DNA of 64,000 nucleotides, from assembly GCA_017608345.1 (NCBI GenBank), contig JAFCGA010000004.1, forward strand, positions 57-64,056, read 5' to 3'. The stretch comes from Candidatus Pacearchaeota archaeon. GTDB taxonomy: Archaea; Nanobdellota; Nanobdellia; UBA10117; JAFCGA01. Position numbers and translations under genes: made by a program. The notes below the pieces were generated by a model. The model was not told the origin of the DNA, did no database searches, and saw nothing but the letters and a program-made list of their open reading frames with translations. Positions 34,559-44,558 of the stretch are shown here, piece after piece (the first letter of the stretch is position 1; each line of letters begins with the position of its first letter).

Positions 34559-36589
34559 TTATTTTCTAGACTTTTTTGCTTGCTTATTTTGCTTCTTTGG
34601 TCTCATTTGCCCGTAGATTATGAACAGGATTGCCGCTAAGCTGATGAGAATTAAAGCAATATTTAATGGCGTGAAGAATGACTTCTTACGAATAGTCTGC
34701 TGGACTATTGATTCTGGCTCGTGGGTTAGTTCTGGAGCTACTGCTATCTCTTCTTCTCCAGTTATTGCAAAGTAACTAAAGCCTTCGGTGTTAGCTTCGA
34801 AAGTTAGGTGTTCTTCATCCTCAATTACTATGCTCGTTCTTAGAGCAGTCCATTGATTATTTACATATCTATACATAAGGATTGAATCCTTATTTACGTT
34901 GTTTTGGGAGAGCCAGGAAGCTGGAACCTTGAAAGTGATTTTTCCGTTTTGGATGTTAGTTGTTGCTAGATTGTTAGTTGATATGCTTAAGTATTGGTAT
35001 ACTTTTCCTTCAAGAACTTGGACTGCTTCGGGCTTACCTGAAAGACTTCTTACAGTAATCATAGCGTTCTTTGCAGCTTCCCTTGTTGTGATTTCTACAT
35101 TTGAGACAGCTATTTCAGGATCTTTTAGATTTATGGAGACTGGTGTGTTGCCGGAGACAGTTCCTAAGATTTGTGAAGTTTCTGCGATGGTTGTTACATC
35201 TGAATCTGAGATTTTGGAGGTAGCGCTGCTTCTGCCGCCCGAGTGGACTACTGTAGTGGGTGTGGTGTCCACATATAGCGTTTGTGCGGTTGTAGTAGCT
35301 CTGTTTCCGTATTGATCTGTACAATTAATGTACCAATGGTAAGTCATATCATCGAATAAACCTACTTGTGTGAAAGTTTGGGTTGTTGACTTAGTGATTG
35401 AGGTGTCTGTTTGTTCGATATTGTTATCGATTATTAGAGAGCAGTTTGAGACAGTTGAATCGTCGGTTACTGAGTAAGTGAAGCTAACTGTTGAGGAGGT
35501 TTCTGTTGCTAGGTTTGCTGGGGTGAGAAGGGTTACTATCGGATCCGTAGATTCAGAAGCTGCTGCTATTCCTGTACCTAGCTGATAAACATAACCATCA
35601 TCACTGCCTATATATACAAAGCCGCCAGCTACTGCTGGAGAAGGAAATACATTACTACCGGTGGAGAAGTTAGCGATCAGTTGAGAAACATTGGAGGCAT
35701 TTAATTGATAAACTTGGTCATCGAAGCTGCCGATATATACAAAGCCGCCAGCTACTGCTGGAGAAGAATGCACATTATTACCTGTGGAGAAATTAGCAAT
35801 CTTCTGAGAAATATTAGAGGCATTTAATTGATACACTTGATCATCATCACTGCCTATATATACGAAGCCTCCAGCTACTGCTGGAGAAGACAGTACATTA
35901 TTGCCTGTGGAGAAGTTGGCTATTTTTTGAGAGATATTAGAAGCATTTAGTTGATACACTTGATCATCTCGACTGCCGATATATACGAAGCCTCCAGCTA
36001 CTGCTGGAGAAGACTGCACACGATCGCCGGTGGAGAAGTTGGCTATTTTTTGAGAGATATTAGAAGCATTTAGTTGATACACTTGATTATCATCACTGCC
36101 GATATATACGAAGCCTCCAGCTACTGCTGGAGAAGAACGCACATCATCGCCGGTGGAGAAGTTGGCTATTTTTTGAGAGATATTAGAAGCATTTAGTTGA
36201 TACACTTGATTATCCCAGCTGCCAATGTATACAAAGCCGCCAGCTACTGCAGGAGAAGACTGCACATCGTTACCTGTAGCAAAATTAGCAAACTGAATAC
36301 TAATATTGCTCGGAGCTGTATTATTAGTATACCCTGTATTATTTAAGTCATAGCGGAACATAGTCCAATTTTCAGCACTACTACTTGCCATTACTCCAAA
36401 CCTCTGTTCAGAAGTTTCGAAAGATCGATCAACAGCGATCCTAACTGGCACACTAGGCCTAAACTCCGCTTCCGACTTAGCAAACATGCCAGTAATATGA
36501 CCTACAGTTGAGAATAAGATAATTGCAATAGTTAATACTAAAGTAATAACTAAAATTTGATCAGTTTTGAGCTGCTTGCGCCGAGCCAT
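34559..36589 (-). CDS. Membrane-anchored surface protein with PQQ-like beta-propeller repeats and Ig-like domains. It shares the C-terminal anchor module of the giant protein
   Basis: There are six or more repeats of SSPAVAGGFVYIGS.D.QVYQLNASNISQKIANFSTG. The C-terminus reads RYVNNQWTALRTS...EGFSYFAITG, then an acidic linker, a TM helix and a Lys/Arg-rich tail. Confidence 0.7.
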   Translation of the reverse strand: MARRKQLKTDQILVITLVLTIAIILFSTVGHITGMFAKSEAEFRPSVPVRIAVDRSFETSEQRFGVMASSSAENWTMFRYDLNNTGYTNNTAPSNISIQFANFATGNDVQSSPAVAGGFVYIGSWDNQVYQLNASNISQKIANFSTGDDVRSSPAVAGGFVYIGSDDNQVYQLNASNISQKIANFSTGDRVQSSPAVAGGFVYIGSRDDQVYQLNASNISQKIANFSTGNNVLSSPAVAGGFVYIGSDDDQVYQLNASNISQKIANFSTGNNVHSSPAVAGGFVYIGSFDDQVYQLNASNVSQLIANFSTGSNVFPSPAVAGGFVYIGSDDGYVYQLGTGIAAASESTDPIVTLLTPANLATETSSTVSFTYSVTDDSTVSNCSLIIDNNIEQTDTSITKSTTQTFTQVGLFDDMTYHWYINCTDQYGNRATTTAQTLYVDTTPTTVVHSGGRSSATSKISDSDVTTIAETSQILGTVSGNTPVSINLKDPEIAVSNVEITTREAAKNAMITVRSLSGKPEAVQVLEGKVYQYLSISTNNLATTNIQNGKITFKVPASWLSQNNVNKDSILMYRYVNNQWTALRTSIVIEDEEHLTFEANTEGFSYFAITGEEEIAVAPELTHEPESIVQQTIRKKSFFTPLNIALILISLAAILFIIYGQMRPKKQNKQAKKSRK

Positions 36590-36630
36590 AAGAATAAATT
36601 GCTGAGCTAGTATTTAACAATTACTACTCG

Positions 36631-37806
36631 CTATTTAACAATTATATCTTCGGTTACTGTCTCTGTTTCTTTCTTATATGTAGCAGTTATTATTATACTA
36701 TATTTCCCGCCAGTCATCGGAGCTTCGATTATGTCTTTAAACTCTCCAACATTATCCGTGAATAGCTTATGCGTTTCGCCAGTTGGAGTGAGTATATCCA
36801 CGGTTGCGCCTACTGCTGCTGAAGATTCAAAGAATACTTTTCCAGCAATATTTATCTTCGCACCGGGATTCGGGCTCGGTGGATATATTGCTACCTCCAG
36901 ATTCAGCTGAGACGGGATTATGAATATTGAGAAGAAGAAAATGCCTACTGCAAACATGACTACGATGTGCTTTACACCGGCGATTAATTTCTCCTCTGCA
37001 ATTACTCCGGCAATCAATCCTGCGCAAATTGACTCTACAATAGTCATAATTAAAAACAGATTCTTAAAGTAGCCGACAGTCATTTGACCGCCTTCAATCC
37101 CCTGAAGCGATATTCCGCTAAATATACCTAGCTTTTGGATGAAAATAATCGGAGCGAGGATTTTATAGACACCAATTATTACACCAATAAAAATAAAGTA
37201 GATTAAGTACATTACAATTATTTGCTGATGCATAATTGATTTTTTCTCAGCCTCTAATTGTTTTAATATGCTAACATTATCAGATAACGATCCTAGAGTA
37301 GTTTTAATATCGCCGCCGCTGTGATATGCTTCAAGAATAATATTGTTTATTCGCGTTATTAATGCACTCCGAGACAGAGTTTTAGTAAATCTATTCCACG
37401 CTTTTGGGAAGGGCACATCCCAAGATAACCAAATATTTAATTTGTCAACATAACTCGATAATACATTGTATTTTGTCTTAGCACAGGTATCAACTGCTTG
37501 CGGAATCGTCATCCCAGCAGATACAGACTGCGACATATCTCTCAAGAAATTAGGATAATTATTCTCAGCTTTCTTTATCTCCTGAAATTCTAAGAAATTA
37601 AAAATCAGATAAGGAAGAGCAACAATAATTAGCCCCAGTGCAAATAGAGTAATTATTACTGTTGTGTTAACTTCTAGCACATACGAAATTATTGCAGTTA
37701 TAAATGGTATTGGGAGGGTTAGAAGTAGCACAAATACTTTCCTTTTTCTAAGCCCAAGTACTTCTTTTTCCCAAAATGATTTCTTGAATATATCTATTCC
37801 GACCAT
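36631..37806 (-). CDS. TadC/FlaJ-like (GspF-family) polytopic membrane protein with an extra C-terminal extracellular beta-sandwich domain
   Basis: It has multiple TM helices and a T2SS-F-like organisation. It overlaps the upstream paralog by 13 nt. Confidence 0.6.
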   Translation of the reverse strand: MVGIDIFKKSFWEKEVLGLRKRKVFVLLLTLPIPFITAIISYVLEVNTTVIITLFALGLIIVALPYLIFNFLEFQEIKKAENNYPNFLRDMSQSVSAGMTIPQAVDTCAKTKYNVLSSYVDKLNIWLSWDVPFPKAWNRFTKTLSRSALITRINNIILEAYHSGGDIKTTLGSLSDNVSILKQLEAEKKSIMHQQIIVMYLIYFIFIGVIIGVYKILAPIIFIQKLGIFSGISLQGIEGGQMTVGYFKNLFLIMTIVESICAGLIAGVIAEEKLIAGVKHIVVMFAVGIFFFSIFIIPSQLNLEVAIYPPSPNPGAKINIAGKVFFESSAAVGATVDILTPTGETHKLFTDNVGEFKDIIEAPMTGGKYSIIITATYKKETETVTEDIIVK

Positions 37807-38711
37807 GGTGATAAACTCTTAATTAATATTATGAATAGGGCAGTTAAGCCAGGAAGCCCGGCAAAGATGACGAGGTATTGTATAAATTTAACCATTGCTA
37901 CGGACATGCCACCCACAGTTACCATTAATGAGGAGATTATTATAAAAAAGACTATTCCGACTATAACTAAAGTAATATACATATTCATAAATAGCGAGAG
38001 GATATTACTGAAATCTGAGAGTTTTCGCTTATAATCTGCGATGAATCCTTTTGATTTCTCTTCCAAGTACTTTCCAATATCTCCGCCAGCAGTTATTGAG
38101 TTTTTTAGACCCGCTAGCAATTCAGTCCAGTTTAATGATGGTGAGCGTTTCATGGCTCGCTCTAGTGCAGATGGCAAATCTAATCCAAGAACATGAATAT
38201 CACTGCTGATTTTATCTGCTTCTTCAGATACAACGTTATAATGCTTAAATCGAGATAGCATCTTAAACATTGTTTGCGGCGGTAATCCTGAACGAATAAT
38301 AGTGGATAAGTATAAAGTCGCAAAAGCAAGACTATTGTCTAATTTAGCGCGGCGGTCGCTAATCATAAAATTAGGATATAAATAAATAATTACTCCAACA
38401 AGTATGCTAACTAAAATTGCTATCATTAGATAGACAAATATGAGGTGTGCTTTGATTCCATAAATTGCTGATCCGAAAGCTAACAGAAAAACAAACGTTA
38501 CAAATAAAGTCAGAAATGAGGAAAATATAATGAATGAGCCATACTTAATTCCAGTGGTACTTATTCGCGCTATCCTTAACTTCTTGTCGAAATTATCATA
38601 AATCGGGAGCTTTTTAGCAACCGAAGAAAATATAGCATTTGAGAAAGAATAGATATCTTGCCCTTCGAATTTCTTTACATCCTTGTCTTTCTTTTTTTTA
38701 GCTGCCTTCAT
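37794..38711 (-). CDS. TadB/FlaJ-like (GspF-family) polytopic membrane protein
   Basis: It has TM helices flanking a cytoplasmic domain and lies immediately downstream of the secretion ATPase. Confidence 0.6.
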   Translation of the reverse strand: MKAAKKKKDKDVKKFEGQDIYSFSNAIFSSVAKKLPIYDNFDKKLRIARISTTGIKYGSFIIFSSFLTLFVTFVFLLAFGSAIYGIKAHLIFVYLMIAILVSILVGVIIYLYPNFMISDRRAKLDNSLAFATLYLSTIIRSGLPPQTMFKMLSRFKHYNVVSEEADKISSDIHVLGLDLPSALERAMKRSPSLNWTELLAGLKNSITAGGDIGKYLEEKSKGFIADYKRKLSDFSNILSLFMNMYITLVIVGIVFFIIISSLMVTVGGMSVAMVKFIQYLVIFAGLPGLTALFIILIKSLSPWSE

Positions 38712-38712
38712 A

Positions 38713-40428
38713 TCATTTTCCCATATAATTCGCTAGCTGCCTAGGATTACGATAGTACATATTAATAAACTGAGCAACTTGGCTGAACTGGTAGTTTCCT
38801 TTTGATTTTAGCCAATCTAAAATATTTACTCTTCTTAGAATTTCATCTTGTACATCTTTATCATTCCATCCTTGCCGCTCTGCTAACTGCTTAAGTATAT
38901 AACTATCTGCAGGAATAAATGTATCCTTAACTGGGTCTCTCTTGAATACAACGTGAGTATTAAGTGACTTATTTTTGTTATTATAGCCCTCTATTTCAAT
39001 GACACTGCCAACACGTCGGATAAACTTGCCTTCCTTCTTAACTTTCTCAAGAAATACAATAATATCGAGATTCTCCAGCAAGGATAACGGTAAATTTATT
39101 GGTCGTGTAGTAAGACGATCAATAATCGCTCCAACAGTATCTGCGTGCAAGGTTGATAATCCCGGATGTCCTGTACTCATTGCATGGAAAAGTACGTTTG
39201 CTTCTCTGCCCCTAACCTCGCCGACAATTAGATAATCTGGACGCTGCCTAAGTGCAGCTTTAAGGAGGGTATCCATATCCACTTGACCGTATCCGCCAGG
39301 GCCTACGCCAGCTCTCGTTACTTGTGGCATCCAATTTATATTCATAAGTTGAATTTCCGCGGTGTCTTCGATAGAAACTATCTTCAGATTTGGGTCAATG
39401 AACATCGCTAGCACATTTAGAAAAGTCGTTTTACCTGTAGCAGTTGTTCCAGAGATTAGGATGGATTTCTCCTTCTCAATAGCAAGCCAGAGGTATGCAA
39501 GTATCATCGAATCAACAGTTCCAAAGTTCATAAGATCAACAGGAGTAAGCGGAGTTCTGAAGAATTTTCTTATTGTAAAATTAGATCCCTTACGCGCGAT
39601 GTCTGTGCCATAAGTTATCTGAACTCTTGATCCGTCAGGTAAGCTACCATCCATTAGCGGCTCTGCAACGGAAATAGTCCGCTTGCATTTCTGAGCTAAT
39701 TTAATTGCAAAGGAATCTAGGTCTTCTCGCTCCGTGAATTTTACATTTGTCGGGATTTCTCCATATATGGGGTTTCTATGAAACACAAATATTGGTAAAT
39801 TTACGCCGTCACAAGAAATATCCTCGATGTTTGGATCATGAACTAGCGCATCTATTTGATCAAGTCCGATTACCCGCCGAAATATATAATATTTTGCGGT
39901 TAATATTTCCTGATTTGTGAGTCTTGCACCGAGTTCTTTCCATATTTTCTCTATTTTTTTATCAATATAAGTGTATACTGCATCTTTCGCGCGTAATTTA
40001 TTAAAGTTAATTTCTAAGCTATCATGAAGTTCCTCAAGCGTTCGGTGAATCAGTTTTTGCAGTTTCGGACTTATCTGCGGCTCAATTAGATTATAAATCA
40101 ATTGATTATTCCGAGCATCGAATTTGATTCTAGCATGGGCTAGCGGAATTAGCTGATCTTTAACACGCAGAGTAGTCAAAGGATAAGTTTCATCAACAGT
40201 TCTTAATTTCTCATGATAGTCAATCTTACTAGATACTACTCCTTCTCGACTAGCTGGAATCGCGATTCTAGAAACTACCTGAGTGGTATTTTCTTCGACA
40301 GGTGGAGCAGTCTTGACTACCCTCTGCTTGGGTTGCTCTTCTTTTTTCGGCGGCGCTTCTAACTTAGGACTATCTGATAACTTATTTAATTTCGATTTTA
40401 TTTGCTTGAGAAATTCTTTTCTACGCAT
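38713..40428 (-). CDS. FlaI/TadA/VirB11-family type IV pilus/archaellum assembly ATPase
   Basis: Walker A (GTTATGKTT), Walker B and the His box are present, and the 571-aa protein has an N-terminal extension. Confidence 0.9.
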   Translation of the reverse strand: MRRKEFLKQIKSKLNKLSDSPKLEAPPKKEEQPKQRVVKTAPPVEENTTQVVSRIAIPASREGVVSSKIDYHEKLRTVDETYPLTTLRVKDQLIPLAHARIKFDARNNQLIYNLIEPQISPKLQKLIHRTLEELHDSLEINFNKLRAKDAVYTYIDKKIEKIWKELGARLTNQEILTAKYYIFRRVIGLDQIDALVHDPNIEDISCDGVNLPIFVFHRNPIYGEIPTNVKFTEREDLDSFAIKLAQKCKRTISVAEPLMDGSLPDGSRVQITYGTDIARKGSNFTIRKFFRTPLTPVDLMNFGTVDSMILAYLWLAIEKEKSILISGTTATGKTTFLNVLAMFIDPNLKIVSIEDTAEIQLMNINWMPQVTRAGVGPGGYGQVDMDTLLKAALRQRPDYLIVGEVRGREANVLFHAMSTGHPGLSTLHADTVGAIIDRLTTRPINLPLSLLENLDIIVFLEKVKKEGKFIRRVGSVIEIEGYNNKNKSLNTHVVFKRDPVKDTFIPADSYILKQLAERQGWNDKDVQDEILRRVNILDWLKSKGNYQFSQVAQFINMYYRNPRQLANYMGK

Positions 40429-40469
40429 AAAAATAGTAATGCTTAACTTATTTATAAGGTTTATAGCTG

Positions 40470-40937
40470 TTAGGAGATTCTTATTGTATTATTCGCGGGT
40501 AAATAAGTCAGCTCGCATTCTCCAGCACTGGATTGAACCTGACCGTCGACGCTTATGTTCCACCAGTAAACTGGCACAGTTATCACTTCAGAATCTGATC
40601 CGAAAGTTTGGAAAACCAGATCGTTGCTATTTCCATAGATTATATATTCATTCGGGCCTAATCTCGAAGGGAGCTTTAGCTTTCGAGTTAATGTGCTAGT
40701 TGTAGTATTGCTTGCTTCGACAATCGCTCGAATCTCAAGAATCTTAGTTTTCATGCTAGCTGCGATTGCATTTACATGATACTGGTTAAATTCAGTAGTG
40801 CTGTCTTCAAGAATATGATTAGATAGCGTGTATATCGCAAAAAGAAACACTAGGCTAAATAACGCGAGAAAGCTAAAGTAAAGTACACTTACTTGTGCAT
40901 TTCTCTGTTTTGTGCGTTGTATTGTAGAATTTTGCAT
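40470..40937 (-). CDS. Pilin-like protein
   Basis: The N-terminus ...KQRNAQVSVLYFSFLALFSLVFLFAIY is a class-III-like signal and TM segment. Confidence 0.5.
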   Translation of the reverse strand: MQNSTIQRTKQRNAQVSVLYFSFLALFSLVFLFAIYTLSNHILEDSTTEFNQYHVNAIAASMKTKILEIRAIVEASNTTTSTLTRKLKLPSRLGPNEYIIYGNSNDLVFQTFGSDSEVITVPVYWWNISVDGQVQSSAGECELTYLPANNTIRIS

Positions 40938-40938
40938 C

Positions 40939-41547
40939 TTAATTCATGTCTACAGTTATGATTTGTCGGTAACTCGTTGTGCAGCTTCCGATTGCAGAGG
41001 TATTTGTCTCTTTGAAAGTTAAAAGTACCGTATGACTCCCAGAACCGACCATCGCATTATCTCCTGGTGTTAAGAAAATACCATGACACTCATTATTAGC
41101 TGTGTCATTAAGGTTTATGTATTTCAGTTCTAATTCTATGCTGCCTTTCTCAATTAAACAACCTGCTTCATCAGTTCCAAGAGTTCCGAACAGTGTCGAA
41201 TCCATGCAAGGTCCGGATTCATTTTTATTGCCTGCTAATACTCTTTCACTACTTACTAATTGATCTGGCAAGTCCATATATGCGGAATAAGTTATTGTTC
41301 GATCATTTGCTAAATATAATTGTCCCTTCTTAATGTCAAAAGGAACAGTTCTCTGAGATTTCTCATTTGCTACATCTCGAATAGCATTGTTTAAAGCTAA
41401 CATTCTGTTTTCTATTCTTTTAACTTCAGCCACGTTGTTAATTTTATCTATCTGCGGCTTAGCCCAGAAGAAGCTTATGCTGACGATTGCTATTACAATT
41501 AATGTTAATAAGACGAATCCGACTACTTCTGCCTGGGCTTTTCTCAT
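40939..41547 (-). CDS. Pilin-like protein
   Basis: MRKAQAEVVGFVLLTLIVIAIVSISFFW is a class III signal peptide-like N-terminus. Confidence 0.55.
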   Translation of the reverse strand: MRKAQAEVVGFVLLTLIVIAIVSISFFWAKPQIDKINNVAEVKRIENRMLALNNAIRDVANEKSQRTVPFDIKKGQLYLANDRTITYSAYMDLPDQLVSSERVLAGNKNESGPCMDSTLFGTLGTDEAGCLIEKGSIELELKYINLNDTANNECHGIFLTPGDNAMVGSGSHTVLLTFKETNTSAIGSCTTSYRQIITVDMN

Positions 41548-41582
41548 GACTAATTAAAAGAAGTTGTAGTATATAAAATTGA

Positions 41583-43055
41583 TTAAGAGAGAATCCACGT
41601 TTCTCCATTACGACTACTTGCGTCTTGACCACCAAATAAAAGTATTTTATTGGTATTCTGTATAGACGCCATTGAATGAAAATACCTTCCGTCAGGTAAA
41701 TTCGATAGTTTTATTTCAGTCCAGCCATTAGAACTAACATCATATAGCCAAGTGTCATCGGCATAAGTTCCACTAGCATCTCCGCCAAATACTACTATTT
41801 TATCTGTATTGGATATAGTAGCTAATTGATGACCTTGCCTTTCAGTAACTGAGTATGCGGGATTTTTGTTGACCCAGATATTATCACTTAAGTCATATAT
41901 CCACGTCTCAGCATCATAACCCCAACTATCTATACCGCCAAATAACAAAATCTTATCCTCAGAATATATTACTGACATTGCATGTGCATATCTAGCTCCA
42001 GGACTTGTACTTGGAGCCATATTAGTCCAGATGTTGTCGCTCAAGTCATATATCCACGTGCCATTACAGCTATTTGAACCTGAACCGTCGCAGTTGCCGC
42101 TTCCATCTGAGCCGCCAAAAAGAATTATTTTGTCATCGCCGTAAACCGTCGCAAGCGCGGATCCCCCTCTAGCAGTTAGACCGATAGCGGTGGTTCCTTG
42201 AGTCCAGGTGTTGTCGCTTAAGTCATATATCCAAGTTCCATTACATCGACTATTTCCTGAACCGTCGCAGTTGCCGCTTCCATCTCGTCCCCCGAAGAAA
42301 AGTAATTTATCTGTTGAGTAAATATTTGCCGCAGCACCTTGGTATCTTGCACTAAATCCAACAGCAGTAGTTCCTTGGGTCCAGGCATTATCACTTAAAT
42401 CATAAATCCAAGTTCCATTACATAGACTACTTCCTGAGCCATCGCAGTTGCCGCTTGCGTCATCCCCACCAAATAACACTATTTTATCATCAGCAGACAT
42501 TGAAGCCATTGAATGATACATTCTAGCGCTAGGTTTAGTTGCGATAATCTTCTCTTCCCAAACATTCGATTGTATACCTGCAATAAATGCCGTATACACA
42601 GAATCATCGCCAAATGCGAAGTAGGCATCATATTTCATACCTTTTTCTAAATTAGCGCAATCTGTACCACCCAAATCAAGATTGATTAATTTAATTTCTC
42701 CCACAGATAAGTCAAACGGACAATTATCACACGTATCGCTATTGAACGAAGCCGTACATGAACCGCCCTGATTGGAAAGTATAACCAAATCGCCAATGTC
42801 CCCAAGAGCTTTTAATTCTCTGGTTCCCGCGTTCTGAATAACGATCTCCAAAGTAGCAAGCTTTAACTTGTGCTCTATTGTTTTTATCTCAATATTCCCT
42901 GCAGCTTTATCTAGCACTTGAGAATGAGATCTCTCGGTGCTCGCTTGAAGCTCACCTTGAACTTTTATTGCCCAATAATAAGCCGCAGTAGCTATAGCAA
43001 TAGTAATCATAATTACTAAGATTAGCGCAAGAATAAGACTTACTCCTTTCTTCAT
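41583..43055 (-). CDS. Type IV pilin fused to a Kelch-type beta-propeller (paralog 4)
   Basis: MKKGVSLILALILVIMITIAIATAAYYWAIKVQGELQ (KG cleavage-site-like) is followed by six to seven repeats of FGG.DGSGNCDGSG...CNGTWIYDLSDN.WT. Confidence 0.75.
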   Translation of the reverse strand: MKKGVSLILALILVIMITIAIATAAYYWAIKVQGELQASTERSHSQVLDKAAGNIEIKTIEHKLKLATLEIVIQNAGTRELKALGDIGDLVILSNQGGSCTASFNSDTCDNCPFDLSVGEIKLINLDLGGTDCANLEKGMKYDAYFAFGDDSVYTAFIAGIQSNVWEEKIIATKPSARMYHSMASMSADDKIVLFGGDDASGNCDGSGSSLCNGTWIYDLSDNAWTQGTTAVGFSARYQGAAANIYSTDKLLFFGGRDGSGNCDGSGNSRCNGTWIYDLSDNTWTQGTTAIGLTARGGSALATVYGDDKIILFGGSDGSGNCDGSGSNSCNGTWIYDLSDNIWTNMAPSTSPGARYAHAMSVIYSEDKILLFGGIDSWGYDAETWIYDLSDNIWVNKNPAYSVTERQGHQLATISNTDKIVVFGGDASGTYADDTWLYDVSSNGWTEIKLSNLPDGRYFHSMASIQNTNKILLFGGQDASSRNGETWILS

Positions 43056-43095
43056 AATTAAATTAGAGAATACATATATATAAAACTACTCCGGG

Positions 43096-44526
43096 TCAAT
43101 AATATATCCAAGTATCATTTATGTCCTCGATGATATATTTGCCGCCAAAAAATAGTACTTGCTCTGAGTCGCCGATTTCAGTTAGAGAATGACTATCCCT
43201 ATTGCTAGGGCTATTTATGGGTGATTTCTTTGTCCAAGTATTATCACTTAAGTCGTAAATCCAGGTTCCACCTTCGAATTGCTCGGTATATCTCCCGCAA
43301 AACATAACTATTTTATCTGTACTGTAAAGTGAAGCCATATCATGCTCATAAATTGGTCCAGGCCCATGGCTTAGCTTTCGTGTCCAAGTATCATCGCTAA
43401 GATCATAGACCCAAGTATCTTGATAAATTCCTGCGCCATAGCCACCGTGTAAAAGAACCTTATCCTCGCTAGACATAAAAGTCATAGCGTGATCCGTTCT
43501 AGCAATTAAAGAAGTAGGAGTAGTTCCTTGGATCCACGTATTGTCGCTTAGATCATATATCCAAGTTCCATTGCAATAATTACTCCCCGAGCCATCACAA
43601 TTGCCACTAACAAAATCCTCTCCACCAAATAACAAGACTTTATCTGTATTGTATATCCTTGCCATAGAGTGCCCTCGCCTAGCTCCGGGATTTACTCCTG
43701 GAAGCATATTTGTCCAGGTGTTGTCGCTTAGATCATATATCCAAGTTTCTGCATTTAGCGTACCGTCCCAGCCACCAAACATTAAAACTTTATCATTATC
43801 ATAAATCATTGCACTTGCGTGTTTCGAGCGATTAGATGGCGAAGTGGTTACATTCTTCTGAGTCCAACTATCTTCGCTTAGATCATACATCCAAGTATCT
43901 TGGTAATAAGGACTTCCAGCACAATTACTACAATCTCCACCAAAAAGAACGACCTTATCTGTTCGATATATATTTGCAAAACTATGGTCGCTTCTAATCG
44001 AGGGAGCATTAGCTGGATTCTTTTTTTCCCAAACATTAGTTTTTGAGATCGGAACAAAATTAGTCTGAGCATGTACTTCAGAGGATCCAAAATAAATAGA
44101 ATATTCCGTTCCTATTTCTAAGTTAGCGCAATCAGTACCGCCAAATAATAGATTCATAGTAATTATCTCATTAACATCTAAAGCTATAGGGCAAACATCG
44201 CAAGTAGAAGAATTAAACGGGAGACTACAAGAAAAGCTGCCTGAAGAGATAACTAATGTATCTCCAGCATCACCAATCTGCTCAATCTTTCTGCCTCCAG
44301 AATTTTCAAGGACTATTTTAACATTGTCAGTATTAATATTATAATTAATATTAACTATATTTAATTCTCCAACTACTCTATCTGAAAATTTATCCTGACT
44401 TTCATCACCGGCTCCTTGCATCTGTCCTTGAATCTTCATTATCCAATAAAAAGCTGATGCGGAGATAGCTAGAGTCATCATAATTATCAAAACCAATGCA
44501 ATAACATTACTTATAGCTCGCTTCAT
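43096..44526 (-). CDS. Type IV pilin fused to a Kelch-type beta-propeller (paralog 3)
   Basis: The N-terminus is MKRAISNVIALVLIIMMTLAISASAFYWIMKIQGQMQ, followed by repeats of VLLFGG...TWIYDLSDNTWT. Confidence 0.75.
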   Translation of the reverse strand: MKRAISNVIALVLIIMMTLAISASAFYWIMKIQGQMQGAGDESQDKFSDRVVGELNIVNINYNINTDNVKIVLENSGGRKIEQIGDAGDTLVISSGSFSCSLPFNSSTCDVCPIALDVNEIITMNLLFGGTDCANLEIGTEYSIYFGSSEVHAQTNFVPISKTNVWEKKNPANAPSIRSDHSFANIYRTDKVVLFGGDCSNCAGSPYYQDTWMYDLSEDSWTQKNVTTSPSNRSKHASAMIYDNDKVLMFGGWDGTLNAETWIYDLSDNTWTNMLPGVNPGARRGHSMARIYNTDKVLLFGGEDFVSGNCDGSGSNYCNGTWIYDLSDNTWIQGTTPTSLIARTDHAMTFMSSEDKVLLHGGYGAGIYQDTWVYDLSDDTWTRKLSHGPGPIYEHDMASLYSTDKIVMFCGRYTEQFEGGTWIYDLSDNTWTKKSPINSPSNRDSHSLTEIGDSEQVLFFGGKYIIEDINDTWIYY

Positions 44527-44558
44527 AGTTTAAATATAATTCAAAGATATTTAAGGGT

